Part shown: positions 1 through 9,098 of the stretch, one piece after another
Position numbering within the stretch: position 1 is the stretch's first letter
Layout: the number at the start of each line of letters is the position of its first letter
Origin: Rhodothermales bacterium
GTDB taxonomy: Bacteria; Bacteroidota; Rhodothermia; Rhodothermales; BA12
Length of the DNA: 35,571 nucleotides
Assembly (NCBI GenBank): GCA_014879465.1
Contig: JACSSA010000077.1
Span: 1 to 35,571, forward strand
Direction of reading: 5' to 3'
Notes under the pieces: model-generated
Told to the model about the DNA's origin: nothing
What the model saw: only the letters and a program-made list of their open reading frames with translations
Database searches by the model: none
Made by a program: the position numbers and the translations under genes

Positions 1-816
1 GATCTTGCGCAGCGGCTCTTGCAGGTCGTGGCTGGCGACGTAGGCGAAGTCTTGAAGCTCGCGGTTGGACCGTTGCAGTTCTTCGGTAAGGCGCTGAAGG
101 CCCGCGTTGGCGTCTTGAAGCTCGTGGGTGCGCTCGTCTACAGCCACGGCGAGCCGTTCGTTGCTGGCGGCCATGCCTTCCTGCTCGATCCGTTGAAGCG
201 TTAGGTACCGCTCCACCAGCCGGTACAAGAACCCCACCATCACAAGGCCCATCAAGGTGGTAAGCCCAATCGTGCCCATCAGACGGTTGACGCTGGCCTG
301 CGAAGCCGCGCTGCGCACCACCAGCTGCGCCTCCTCGGCGCTGGACATTTCGTCCACGATGAGCCGCACTCGGGCGAGCAACGTTTGGCCCCGGCGGTCG
401 GCCATATACGGCTGAGCTGCCCGCAAGCCGTGCAGCCGGCTCAGCTGCACCACCGAATCCAGGCGGGCGTACTTGGCCGTCGCGGCCTCGCGCAAGAACT
501 CCGCCCTTTGCTGCTGTTCCGGGTTGTCTTGGGTGAGCGCCTCAATGCGGGCAAGGTGCGCATGGAGCGAGTCTTTGGCGCTGTAAAACGGCGTGAGGGA
601 CTCGGCTTGGCGGGTGTAGCCGTAGATGAACTTGGCCGCCTCGGCATTCACCAGCGCGCTGTTGAGGCCGCGCAGCTCGGAGATGATCTGCTGGGTGTGC
701 ACGACCCGCTGCTCGTTCTGGATCACCTGCGACGCCGCCTGCCACGACACGGCAGCGCTCGCCAGCAAGGCCAGTACGATAAGCCCAAAGACGATGAACA
801 GGCGGCGCGTGGTCAT
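1..816 (-). CDS. Sensor histidine kinase, N-terminal part (TM1 - periplasmic CHASE3-like sensor - TM2 - coiled-coil - HisKA H-box); partial, continues beyond window start
   Basis: Minus-strand ATG at 816..814 gives MTTRRLFIVFGLIVLALLASAAV (TM1), a ~170-aa Q/A/R-rich periplasmic segment, a second TM (IGLTTLMGLVMVGFLY), then ...ELQDFAYVASHDLQEPLRKI at the window edge, a classic H-box (SHDLxxPL). Absent from the supplied ORF track because it runs off the window. Read manually with no in-frame stops. Confidence 0.75.
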   Translation of the reverse strand, partial: MTTRRLFIVFGLIVLALLASAAVSWQAASQVIQNEQRVVHTQQIISELRGLNSALVNAEAAKFIYGYTRQAESLTPFYSAKDSLHAHLARIEALTQDNPEQQQRAEFLREAATAKYARLDSVVQLSRLHGLRAAQPYMADRRGQTLLARVRLIVDEMSSAEEAQLVVRSAASQASVNRLMGTIGLTTLMGLVMVGFLYRLVERYLTLQRIEQEGMAASNERLAVAVDERTHELQDANAGLQRLTEELQRSNRELQDFAYVASHDLQEPLRKI

Positions 817-942
817 GGCGGCGAACAAACCCTCAAGATAGCGTCTCGCTTCGCGCAACTTTTCCGGTATGCTCCGTACGAACCGGCCATGTCTTCCCGT
901 TGGGGAAGAAGAGGCTGGGGAGCCTCTTGGTGATGTGATGGA

Positions 943-982
943 GAATCCGCCCGGATGCGCCGCTGGCCGTCCGGGCGGATTC
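943..982. terminator. Perfect 12-bp inverted repeat (GAATCCGCCCGG...CCGGGCGGATTC, 16-nt loop) 6 nt downstream of the folA stop, with T-run GCGTTTTAC on the plus side. A second 7-bp hairpin AGAGGCTggggAGCCTCT lies at 911-929. Putative terminator of the minus-strand gcvP/mltD/phoD/folA gene string.
   Basis: Palindromes read directly from the sequence. The U-tract is on the plus side, so the orientation is ambiguous. Confidence 0.45.
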
Positions 983-987
983 GCGTT

Positions 988-1518
988 TTACGCCTTCCGC
1001 CGGTAGGTGACGAAGGCGAACCCCGGCCGCCCGTCCTCGGGCGGGTGCACGGTACGCGCCGTCTCCTCGAACACCGTCCCGACGAGGTGGGCGTACGGCG
1101 GGAAGAACACGTCGCCGTCGGGGGCACCGTCCACAAGCGTGAGTTCGAGCCGGTCGGCGAGCGGGAGGGTTTGGGTGTAGATCGTGCCGCCGCCTGCCAC
1201 GATCAGCACATCAAGATGCGCCAAGGCCGCGAGCGCCTCGTCCAGCGAACCGTAACGCTCCACACCGCCGGGCAGGTCGTCCATCGGGCGATGGCTTACC
1301 ACGACGGTCGTGCGGCCCGGCAACGGCCCGCCGAACTGGTGGACGAGTGCGTCGTAGGTGCGCCGCCCCATCAGCATCGTCTGGCCGAGCGTGTGGCGCT
1401 TGAAATGCTTCAAGTCGTCCGGGATATGCCACGGCAGGTCCAATCCTCGCCCAATCACGCGGTTTTTGGCTCCCAGCGCGGCAATCAAGACGATCTCCTT
1501 CGGTCGCGCCTGCTCCAT
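988..1518 (-). CDS. folA: Dihydrofolate reductase
   Basis: 176 aa. IAALGAKNRVIGRGLDLPWHIPDDLKHFKRHTLGQTMLMGRRTYD is the canonical DHFR N-terminal motif. The ATG at 1518 abuts the stop of the upstream phoD-like gene at 1519-1521. Confidence 0.9.
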   Translation of the reverse strand: MEQARPKEIVLIAALGAKNRVIGRGLDLPWHIPDDLKHFKRHTLGQTMLMGRRTYDALVHQFGGPLPGRTTVVVSHRPMDDLPGGVERYGSLDEALAALAHLDVLIVAGGGTIYTQTLPLADRLELTLVDGAPDGDVFFPPYAHLVGTVFEETARTVHPPEDGRPGFAFVTYRRKA

Positions 1519-2910
1519 TCAGTTTCTCGGATACGCCAAATCGGCGGCGCGGATGCTTCGCTCCCACAGCAGCGTACCGTCCACGCCGTAAGTGCGCATC
1601 GTGAGGGTGCGGTCGGTGCGCGGGCCGGTGAGCGTGAGCGTGCCGAAGTTGTGGGCGGTGACGAGCGTTCCGGGCACGCGGGTGGGGCTGTCCACTTCTT
1701 GGGGCGCGGGGCGGCTCGTTCCGGCGGTGAGGCTCGACGAGGTGAAGTCGTAGAGCGGGTACGCGCCGTCGCGGTCAAGGCGTTGCAGCTCGGTCATGTG
1801 CCGGTCGCCGCTCAGGAACACGACGCCGGGAATGCGCCGCCGGGCGATTTCGTCAAACAGCCGCTGGCGCTCGCGGGCGTAGGTGGCCATCGTCTCGTAG
1901 ATGGCGACGGGGTTGACGACCTGCCCGCCCACGACGACGAACTTGAACGGGGCCTTGCTCGTGGTCAGCGCGTCGATCAGCCACTGGAACTGCGCGTCGC
2001 CGAAAAACGCCTTCTCCGGGTCGTTCGTCGGGTAGCCGTCGGGGGCGCGGTGGTAGCGGTCGTCGGTGAGGAAAAACTCGGCGTCGCCCACCTGAAACTG
2101 GCCGAACACGCCGGGGGTCTCGGGCAGGCCGTACGACAGGTTGGCCCAGTAGCGTTTGAACAGACCAAGGGCCGCGCCCTTTTGCACATACGAACGGTCG
2201 GCGTCGTTGGGGCCGTAGTCGTGATCGTCCCAGATGGCGTAATGGGCGGTGGCGGCCAGCAACGGTTGCAGGTCGGGGAGGCTCCGGGCGTGTTGGTAGC
2301 GTCGGTCGATGCCCTCGGGCGTCCACCAATCGACTTCGCGGGTGTAGATGTTGTCGCCCATCCAGACCATCGCGTCGGGGCGCATCCGGGCGATGGTCTG
2401 GAAGATGGCGTAGTCGCTGCCGTAGGGCGTGCCGGGGCGGTCGTAGGCGGCCTCGTTGATGTAGGCGCACGAGCCGATGGCGACGGTCACGGTTGGCGGA
2501 TCGGTGCGCCATTGCCACAGCGGCTGCGTGGCGATGACGGTGGCGTATGGGCGTGGCATGGCCCGTCCGTTCACCACCAGGTCGTAGGCGTAGCGCACGC
2601 CCGGTTCGAGGCCCGACACGGGCAGGTGGGCGGCGTAGCTGCCGTCCGCCGTGGTCTCAACCGCAGGCGTGACCGTCCACGCGCCGGCCGTGCCCTCGGC
2701 GCGGTAGCGCACCTGCACGCGGGCCGGGCCGTCGGTCTGCGCCCACAGCATCGCGTCGCGCTGCGTCACATAGCCGAGCATCGGCCCGGAGATCAGTTGC
2801 ACGGCCGGGCGCGGCGTCGAGGCGGTGGCGCGGGAGCGTGTTTGCCCGGCGGCGGCGGGCGCGACCAGAACCAGCAGGGCAGCGGCGAAAAGCGGACGAA
2901 GCGGCATCAT
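1519..2910 (-). CDS. PhoD-like alkaline phosphatase / metallophosphatase, secreted
   Basis: Start chosen at MMPLRPLFAAALLVLVAPAAAGQ (signal peptide; ATG at 2910 and 2907). PhoD-family features include a WDDHDYGPND-type metallophosphatase motif, GDNIY and GDRH. The longer ORF extension up to 3030 has no signal-peptide logic. Confidence 0.8.
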   Translation of the reverse strand: MMPLRPLFAAALLVLVAPAAAGQTRSRATASTPRPAVQLISGPMLGYVTQRDAMLWAQTDGPARVQVRYRAEGTAGAWTVTPAVETTADGSYAAHLPVSGLEPGVRYAYDLVVNGRAMPRPYATVIATQPLWQWRTDPPTVTVAIGSCAYINEAAYDRPGTPYGSDYAIFQTIARMRPDAMVWMGDNIYTREVDWWTPEGIDRRYQHARSLPDLQPLLAATAHYAIWDDHDYGPNDADRSYVQKGAALGLFKRYWANLSYGLPETPGVFGQFQVGDAEFFLTDDRYHRAPDGYPTNDPEKAFFGDAQFQWLIDALTTSKAPFKFVVVGGQVVNPVAIYETMATYARERQRLFDEIARRRIPGVVFLSGDRHMTELQRLDRDGAYPLYDFTSSSLTAGTSRPAPQEVDSPTRVPGTLVTAHNFGTLTLTGPRTDRTLTMRTYGVDGTLLWERSIRAADLAYPRN

Positions 2911-3043
2911 CGAACCGAGGGGCAAGCCTCCAAGGTACGACGATGCGGCGTTCGCGCTTGTGCGGTCGATGCCGTCTAAACGCAGCGCGGCCCGGCGCTG
3001 CGCGAGGCAGGCCGGGCCGCAACGGTTCAATCCAACCGTCCGG

Positions 3044-5431
3044 TCACTTCACCTTGAGGCGCTGGCCGGGACGGATGTTGCTGTCCGACAAGCCGTTGAG
3101 GCGACGCAGTTCCGCCACCGTCAGGCCATACCGTTGGGCGATGGCCGTCAGGTTGTCGCCCGAGCGTACGGTGTGCGTCGTCGGCTGGGCCGCTTCGCGG
3201 GTGCGCGTGCTGCTGCGGCTCGTCCGCGCCGAGGCGGGCGGAGCCGTTAGGCGCAGGCGCTGGCCGCTGCGGACGGCCCCGTTTTCGGGCAGGTTGTTCC
3301 ACTCGCGCAGGTCGGCCATCGAAACGCCGGTCTCTTGGCTGATCTGCGAGAGCGTCTCGCCACGGGCCACGGTGTGCGTCGTGCGTGTGCGCGTGGTGGA
3401 CGCTTCGCGTGAGCGCGTCGGGGCGGGCGTGGTCGCTTCGGGCGTGCGCGTCGCGCCGTAGATGACGAGGCGCTGGCCGCTGCGCACCGACGAGCTGGAC
3501 AGCCGGTTCCATTGCCGGATCTGGCCCATCGTCACCCCGTGGCGCTCGGCGATCCCCGACAGGTTGTCGCCGCGCTGGACGGTGTAGACGGTGCGTGTGT
3601 TCGAAGGCCGAGTGGCTTCGGATTCGCGGGCACGCTCGGCTTGGCGAACGCGGTCGGCCTCGCGGGCACGGGCGGCTTCGCGGGTGCGGGCAGCCTCGGC
3701 CTCGCGCCGGGCGGCTGCCACGCGGGCAGCCTCGCCGTCGCGCTCCGACACGGTCGTTACCGGCACGTCCGGGCGCGGCGTTTCGGCCGTGCGTTCGGAT
3801 TGCGGCGCAGGCCGCGGGGCAGGGCGCGCCGTCCGGCTCGCCACCGTCCGGTCTGCCGGGCGGCTGCCGATGTTGCTCGTGGCGATGCGGGTGCGCGGGC
3901 GTACGGTGTAGCGCACCGACTGTACACCGTTGACCGACGCCGAGGCTACAGCGGTCGAGGCCACGGGAATCGTCAGCCGCATCCCCGGCTGGGCTTCGCC
4001 CGTCGGAAGGTTGTTGCGGTTGCGCAGCGCTTGCTCGCTCACGCCGTACTGGCGGGCGATGCGGGTGAGCGTTTCGCCCGATCCAACCGTGTAGTCCGTC
4101 TCGGCCACCGTCGTTTGATCGCCGGGGAGGCCGGTGTAGGCCGTCTGGAAACGCGAACCCGAACCCAGCGGGAGGCGCAGCGCGAACGTGCCGTTGGTGG
4201 CCGGAAGCTGCGGGCGGCGAAGGCTCGGGTTGAGCGCCCGAACCACGTCCTCGGTCGTTCCTGCCATCTCCGCTACGCGGGCGAGGCTGAGGCTTCCGCG
4301 AACCGGCACGACGTCGTACTCAAAGCGCGGGCCGGGAGTCGGCGCGGCAATGCCGTCGATGTCTTCGGCGTTGGAGACCACCAGCGCCGCCGCGATAAAC
4401 ATCGGCACATAGTTGCGCGTCTCGCGGGGCAGGTCTTGGTAGATGTCCCAGAACGTCGGGTTCTGCACGCCCCGGTTGCGGGCCGCCGAAAGGGCGCGGT
4501 TGATGCAACGCGGCGAGCAGTTGTAGCCCGCTATCGCCAAGTGCCAGTCGTTACCGTACTGGGCGTAGAGGTCGCGCAAGTGGCGAGCGGCAGCACGGGT
4601 GGACTGCTCCGGGTCCATCCGCTCGTCCACATACGTGTCCACGTTCAGGCCGTAGCCTGCGCCGGTGGCGCGGATAAACTGCCACATGCCCACGGCCTGC
4701 GCCCGCGACGTGACGCGGGGGTTGAGGCCGGATTCGATCATCGCGAGGTACTTCAGCTCGTCGGGCACCCCTTCCTCGTGGAAGATCTGCTCGATCATCG
4801 GGAAGTACGTCTCGGCGCGGTTGATCCAGCCGTTGACCGTGCGCTCGGGCGAGCGCAGCAGGTACGCGATGGACGCCTCCACGAGCGGGTGGCGCGTCAT
4901 CGGGATCGTCGCCTCGGCCACCGGCCGGAGGTCGGGGAGGACGACATCGGCCAGCTCGGGGTCGTCGAGCGCGTCGTTGAGTTCGGCGAAAACCTCGGCC
5001 CGAAGCTCAAAGATGTCGCCGCGCTGCACGGCCAGATCGTCGGGCGAGACGTGGTAGTAGCGCTCGTATTCGGTGACGAGGCTGCGGTAGATCTCGTTGA
5101 AGCGTGGGCCTTGGGCGCTCCGGCGGATGCCGTCTTGGCGCGCAAGGCGCGACAGGTCGGCCATGGCCAGTTCAAAGAGTCCGTCCACGGCTTGCCCGTC
5201 GTTGCGGGCTTGGGCGGTGAGAATGTCCGACTGGTACCGGTAGAGGCGGCTGAGCCGTTCGAGTACCTGGCTGTCCGAGAGCGTCGTGTCCTGCTCCGCA
5301 AGCGTGGCGGGAGCGGGGCGCGAGGCCGTCTGAACGATGCGGGTATTCGCCGTCGCGGTCGACTTGGGGGCCGAGCGGACGGTAGCGGTCTGGCCGCAGG
5401 CCGACAGCAGCAGGAGGGCGGCGGGCGTCAT
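3044..5431 (-). CDS. mltD: Membrane-bound lytic murein transglycosylase D-like lipoprotein: N-terminal SLT domain plus four C-terminal LysM repeats
   Basis: Start at MTPAALLLLSAC (lipobox; ATG at 5431). SLT catalytic region YLAMIESGLNPRVTSRAQAVGMWQFIRATG. Four LysM units (YTVGSGETLTRIARQYGV..., YTVQRGDNLSGIAERHGV..., HTVARGETLSQISQETGV..., HTVRSGDNLTAIAQRYGL...). An E/A/R-rich low-complexity linker separates them. Confidence 0.8.
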   Translation of the reverse strand: MTPAALLLLSACGQTATVRSAPKSTATANTRIVQTASRPAPATLAEQDTTLSDSQVLERLSRLYRYQSDILTAQARNDGQAVDGLFELAMADLSRLARQDGIRRSAQGPRFNEIYRSLVTEYERYYHVSPDDLAVQRGDIFELRAEVFAELNDALDDPELADVVLPDLRPVAEATIPMTRHPLVEASIAYLLRSPERTVNGWINRAETYFPMIEQIFHEEGVPDELKYLAMIESGLNPRVTSRAQAVGMWQFIRATGAGYGLNVDTYVDERMDPEQSTRAAARHLRDLYAQYGNDWHLAIAGYNCSPRCINRALSAARNRGVQNPTFWDIYQDLPRETRNYVPMFIAAALVVSNAEDIDGIAAPTPGPRFEYDVVPVRGSLSLARVAEMAGTTEDVVRALNPSLRRPQLPATNGTFALRLPLGSGSRFQTAYTGLPGDQTTVAETDYTVGSGETLTRIARQYGVSEQALRNRNNLPTGEAQPGMRLTIPVASTAVASASVNGVQSVRYTVRPRTRIATSNIGSRPADRTVASRTARPAPRPAPQSERTAETPRPDVPVTTVSERDGEAARVAAARREAEAARTREAARAREADRVRQAERARESEATRPSNTRTVYTVQRGDNLSGIAERHGVTMGQIRQWNRLSSSSVRSGQRLVIYGATRTPEATTPAPTRSREASTTRTRTTHTVARGETLSQISQETGVSMADLREWNNLPENGAVRSGQRLRLTAPPASARTSRSSTRTREAAQPTTHTVRSGDNLTAIAQRYGLTVAELRRLNGLSDSNIRPGQRLKVK

Positions 5432-5895
5432 CACGGTGGTGAGCGCGCGCAGAACAACCTTCTTTTGCACGAAGCCTGAGGGGTTTAGCTTGGAATAACA
5501 TTGCGCCGTAGAAGCGTCCGATGGACGTCGCAAGCGCGCGAAGTGCGACCAGAACGTTACGAACTGAGGGCTTCGGGTGCAACCCCTGTCCGTGTCTTTT
5601 TGGTCACAGATCAAGAAGATCGGCGCGTAAGTACTTGTTCTGTAATCTTTTCGGGTGGATTCTTCGCCAAGCCTTACCGGCCGGAATTCACGCAGCGCCT
5701 CCGTTACCTTTCGCGGCCTCCCGGCGAAGCCCGGCGTTCCGCACGGCCTACGCGGCGTCGCACTCCACCGGCTGCGCGGTCAAGCGGGTGTACCCGCTCC
5801 ACGCCCCGGCGGCACGTTGCAGCGTCGGCTCGCTTTCGTTTTGCGCCGCGAGGGCAGGGGGCAGCATCGATCGAACGGTTGCGGCTGCAAGGACG

Positions 5896-8766
5896 TCACG
5901 CCTCGTCTTCGGCGTATTCGGACATCGGCGGGCAGGTGCACACGAGGTTGCGGTCGCCGAAGGCGTCGTCCACGCGGCGCACGGTCGGCCAGAACTTGGC
6001 AGCCCGCACATACGCCGCCGGGTACGCGGCCTTCTCGCGGCTGTACGGGCGCTCCCACGCCTCGGCCAGCACCATCGTCGCCGGGTGCGGCGCGTTCTTG
6101 AGCACGTTGTCGGTGCGGTCGGCCAGCCCGAGGGCCACCTCCTGAATCTCGGCGCGGATGGCACGCATCGCCTCGACGAAGCGGTCGAGTTCGGCCTTGG
6201 ACTCGCTCTCGGTCGGCTCGATCATCATCGTGCCCACCACCGGCCACGACATCGTCGGGGCGTGGTAGCCGTAGTCCATCAGCCGCTTGGCGCAGTCCAC
6301 CTCGGAGATGCCGGTTTGGGCCTTGAGCGGGCGCAGGTCGAGGATGAACTCGTGGGCGCACCGGCCCTGCTCGCCGACGTACGCGATCTCGAAGTCGCCC
6401 TCCAGCCGCTTCATCAGGTAGTTGGCGTTGAGGATGGCCGTCTGGCTGGCCGCCTTCAGCCCTTCGGCTCCCATCATCGCGATGTAGGCCCACGAGATGA
6501 GCAGGATGGAGGCGCTGCCGTAGGGCGCGGCGGAGATCGCGGGGATGGCCTCGCTGCCGCCTGCGTCTTCCACGGCCACGCTGCCCGGACGGAACGGCGC
6601 GAGGTGCGCCTTCATCCCGATCGGCCCCATGCCCGGGCCGCCGCCGCCGTGCGGAATGGCGAACGTCTTGTGGAGGTTGAGGTGGCACACGTCGGCCCCG
6701 ATGTCGCCGGGGCGCACGAGGCCCACCATCGCGTTCATGTTGGCACCGTCGAGGTACACCTGCCCGCCCTTGTCGTGGACGGCCTCAATGACCTCGCGGA
6801 TGCCGCTCTCGAACACGCCGAACGTGCTCGGGTACGTCACCATGAGCGCGGCGAGGGTGTCGGCGTACTTGTCGGCCTTGGCGCGAAGGTCGTCGAGATC
6901 GACCGTGCCCTGCGGCGTCGTCTTCACCGGCACCACCGTCATGCCCGCCATCACCGCGCTCGCCGGGTTGGTGCCGTGGGCGCTGTCGGGAATGAGGCAG
7001 ACCGTCCGGTGCGATTCGCCGCGGCTCTGGTGGTAGGCGCGGATCACCATCAGGCCCGCGTACTCGCCCGACGCGCCGGAGTTGGGCTGGAGGCTCACGG
7101 CGTCGAAGCCCGTGATCTCGGCGAGCCAGTCCGACAGTTCGCCCATCATCCGGTGGTAGCCCGCCGCTTGGTCTTTGGGAACGAACGGGTGCAGGTTGGC
7201 GAACCCCGGCAGGCTCACCGGCAGCAGCTCCGACACGGCGTTGAGCTTCATCGTGCACGAGCCGAGCGGGATCATCGAGTGGGTGAGCGAGAGGTCTTTC
7301 TTGCTCAGGCCCGTCAGGTAGCGCATCAGGTCGGTTTCCGTCCGGTGCGCGTGGAAGACGGGGTGCGTCAGGTACGCGGTCGTGCGCGGCATCGGGCCGT
7401 CGTAGCCGGAATCCAGCCCATCGGCCCAGTCCTCGGCGGTCTGCTCGGACTCCGACGTTTCGAAGACGGCGAGCAGCGTATCGAGGTCGTCGAGCGTCAC
7501 CGTCTCGTCGAGCGCGATCCCGAACGACCCGTCGTCGAAGGCGCGGAGGTTGACGCCGTTGAGGTCGCACGCCTCGCGCACCTCGTCGGCGGTGAGGCCC
7601 TTGGGCTCCACGCGCAGCGTGTCGAAGAACGCGCCGTAGCGGACGGCGTGGCCGGCGGCTTCGAGGCCTGTTTTCAGGGTCTTGGCCGCGTCGTGCACAT
7701 ACGTCGCAATCGCCTTCAGCCCGTCGGGGCCGTGGTAGACGGCGTACGCCTGCGCCATCACCGCCAGCAGGACCTGCGCGGTGCAGATGTTGGACGTTGC
7801 CTTGTCGCGGCGGATGTGCTGCTCGCGGGTTTGGAGCGCCATCCGCAGTGCCGGGCTGCCGTCCTTGTCCACCGTCACGCCGATGATGCGTCCGGGGATG
7901 GTGCGCTTGAACGTGTCGGTGGTGGCGAAAAACGCAGCGTGGGGGCCGCCGTAGCCCATCGGCACGCCGAAGCGCTGGCTCGACCCTACGGCCACGTCCG
8001 CGCCCCACACGCCGGGGGCGTCGAGGAGCGTGAGCGTGAGCAGGTCGGTCGCCACCACCACAAACGCGCCCGCCGCGTGGGCGGCCTCGGCGAGGGCGCG
8101 GTAGTCCACCACCTCGCCGTCGGTGGTCGGGTACTGGAGAAGCACGCCGAGGGTGTTGTCGTCAAACGACACGTCGTCGTCGTCCTTCACGTCCACGGTC
8201 AGGCCCATCGGCGCGGCACGGCCCGCCACGACGTCGATCGTCTGCGGGTGGACGCGGCTGGACACCACAAAGCGCGTCCGTTTGGGGCTTTGCCGGGCGA
8301 TCATCAGCATCGCCTCCGCCGCCGCCGTGCCCTCGTCGAGGAGGCTGGCGTTGGCAATGGGCAGGCCCGTCAGGTCGGAGACGAGCGTCTGAAAGTTGAG
8401 CAGCGCTTCGAGCCGTCCCTGCGCAATTTCGGCTTGGTAGGGCGTGTACTGGGTGTACCAGTTCGGATTCTGGAAGATGTGCCGGGCGATGGGGCCGGGC
8501 GTGACGGTGCCGAAGTACCCTTGCCCGATGAACGTGCGCCGCAGCTCGTTCATCGCCGCGTAGCGCCGGGCCTTGGCCAGCAGGTCTTGCTCGGAGAGCG
8601 CGTCGGGTAGATCGAGCGCCCGCCCGAAGCGGATGCCCGCGGGCACGGTCTCGTCGGCGAGGGCGTCGAGGCTGTCGGCCTCAACGGTGGCGAGCATCTC
8701 GGCGAGATCGTCGGCAGACGGCCCGTTGTGGCGGTCGGCGAAGCGGTCGGGGTGCGTCAGGCGCAT
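5896..8766 (-). CDS. gcvP: Glycine dehydrogenase (decarboxylating), glycine cleavage system P protein (single-chain form)
   Basis: Start set at MRLTHPDRFADRHNGPSADDLAEML (ATG at 8766), which matches the conserved GcvP N-terminus (FxxRHIGP). The 68 residues upstream in the ORF track are leader, not coding. The PLP-dependent GcvP architecture runs the full length, ~956 aa. Confidence 0.9.
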   Translation of the reverse strand: MRLTHPDRFADRHNGPSADDLAEMLATVEADSLDALADETVPAGIRFGRALDLPDALSEQDLLAKARRYAAMNELRRTFIGQGYFGTVTPGPIARHIFQNPNWYTQYTPYQAEIAQGRLEALLNFQTLVSDLTGLPIANASLLDEGTAAAEAMLMIARQSPKRTRFVVSSRVHPQTIDVVAGRAAPMGLTVDVKDDDDVSFDDNTLGVLLQYPTTDGEVVDYRALAEAAHAAGAFVVVATDLLTLTLLDAPGVWGADVAVGSSQRFGVPMGYGGPHAAFFATTDTFKRTIPGRIIGVTVDKDGSPALRMALQTREQHIRRDKATSNICTAQVLLAVMAQAYAVYHGPDGLKAIATYVHDAAKTLKTGLEAAGHAVRYGAFFDTLRVEPKGLTADEVREACDLNGVNLRAFDDGSFGIALDETVTLDDLDTLLAVFETSESEQTAEDWADGLDSGYDGPMPRTTAYLTHPVFHAHRTETDLMRYLTGLSKKDLSLTHSMIPLGSCTMKLNAVSELLPVSLPGFANLHPFVPKDQAAGYHRMMGELSDWLAEITGFDAVSLQPNSGASGEYAGLMVIRAYHQSRGESHRTVCLIPDSAHGTNPASAVMAGMTVVPVKTTPQGTVDLDDLRAKADKYADTLAALMVTYPSTFGVFESGIREVIEAVHDKGGQVYLDGANMNAMVGLVRPGDIGADVCHLNLHKTFAIPHGGGGPGMGPIGMKAHLAPFRPGSVAVEDAGGSEAIPAISAAPYGSASILLISWAYIAMMGAEGLKAASQTAILNANYLMKRLEGDFEIAYVGEQGRCAHEFILDLRPLKAQTGISEVDCAKRLMDYGYHAPTMSWPVVGTMMIEPTESESKAELDRFVEAMRAIRAEIQEVALGLADRTDNVLKNAPHPATMVLAEAWERPYSREKAAYPAAYVRAAKFWPTVRRVDDAFGDRNLVCTCPPMSEYAEDEA

Positions 8767-9098
8767 AGAATAAAGAAGTCCGAAAGGCAATCCTTCGCTA
8801 CGATGGGGAGCGAAGGCGAAGGCGGTGGGGCAGGTCGCGTGCGCCAACCGAAGCGGCCCCGGCCCGGTTTCAATCGGAAGCGCTTCCGAGGGGCGTAGCG
8901 CTGGCCTTGAGAGCCATCCGGCGAGCGCTTTGCATTCCATCGGCTTAGAAGGCGGGGGCTTTCGCACAAGGCCGTAGCACGCCGGCGTGGTGTATCTTAG
9001 ACGCCTTTCGCTGTCCGCATGCTGCGTTCCATTCCGGCACGTTTCAACGTGGACGGGGTGGTGCGGCGGCTGCGCACCGGCGATGCCTTCCGGGTTCG

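Noticed and set aside
955-2979. 674-aa ORF on the plus strand
   Set aside because: It is fully antisense to folA and the PhoD-like gene. The product is Arg/Gly/Ala-rich low complexity with no motifs. It is a typical shadow ORF of a high-GC genome.
3512-5479. 655-aa ORF on the plus strand
   Set aside because: It is antisense to the MltD/LysM gene. The product is Arg/Gly-rich low complexity.
5521-8610. 1029-aa ORF on the plus strand
   Set aside because: It is antisense to gcvP, whose identity is unambiguous. The product is His/Arg/Gly-rich nonsense.
8767-8990. Glycine riboswitch upstream of gcvP
   Set aside because: I looked for it specifically. The conserved GGAGAG / CCGAAGGRGCAA / CUCAGGCAAAAGGAC cores are not visible on the gcvP strand. 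The region is kept only as an unexplained structured leader (see findings).
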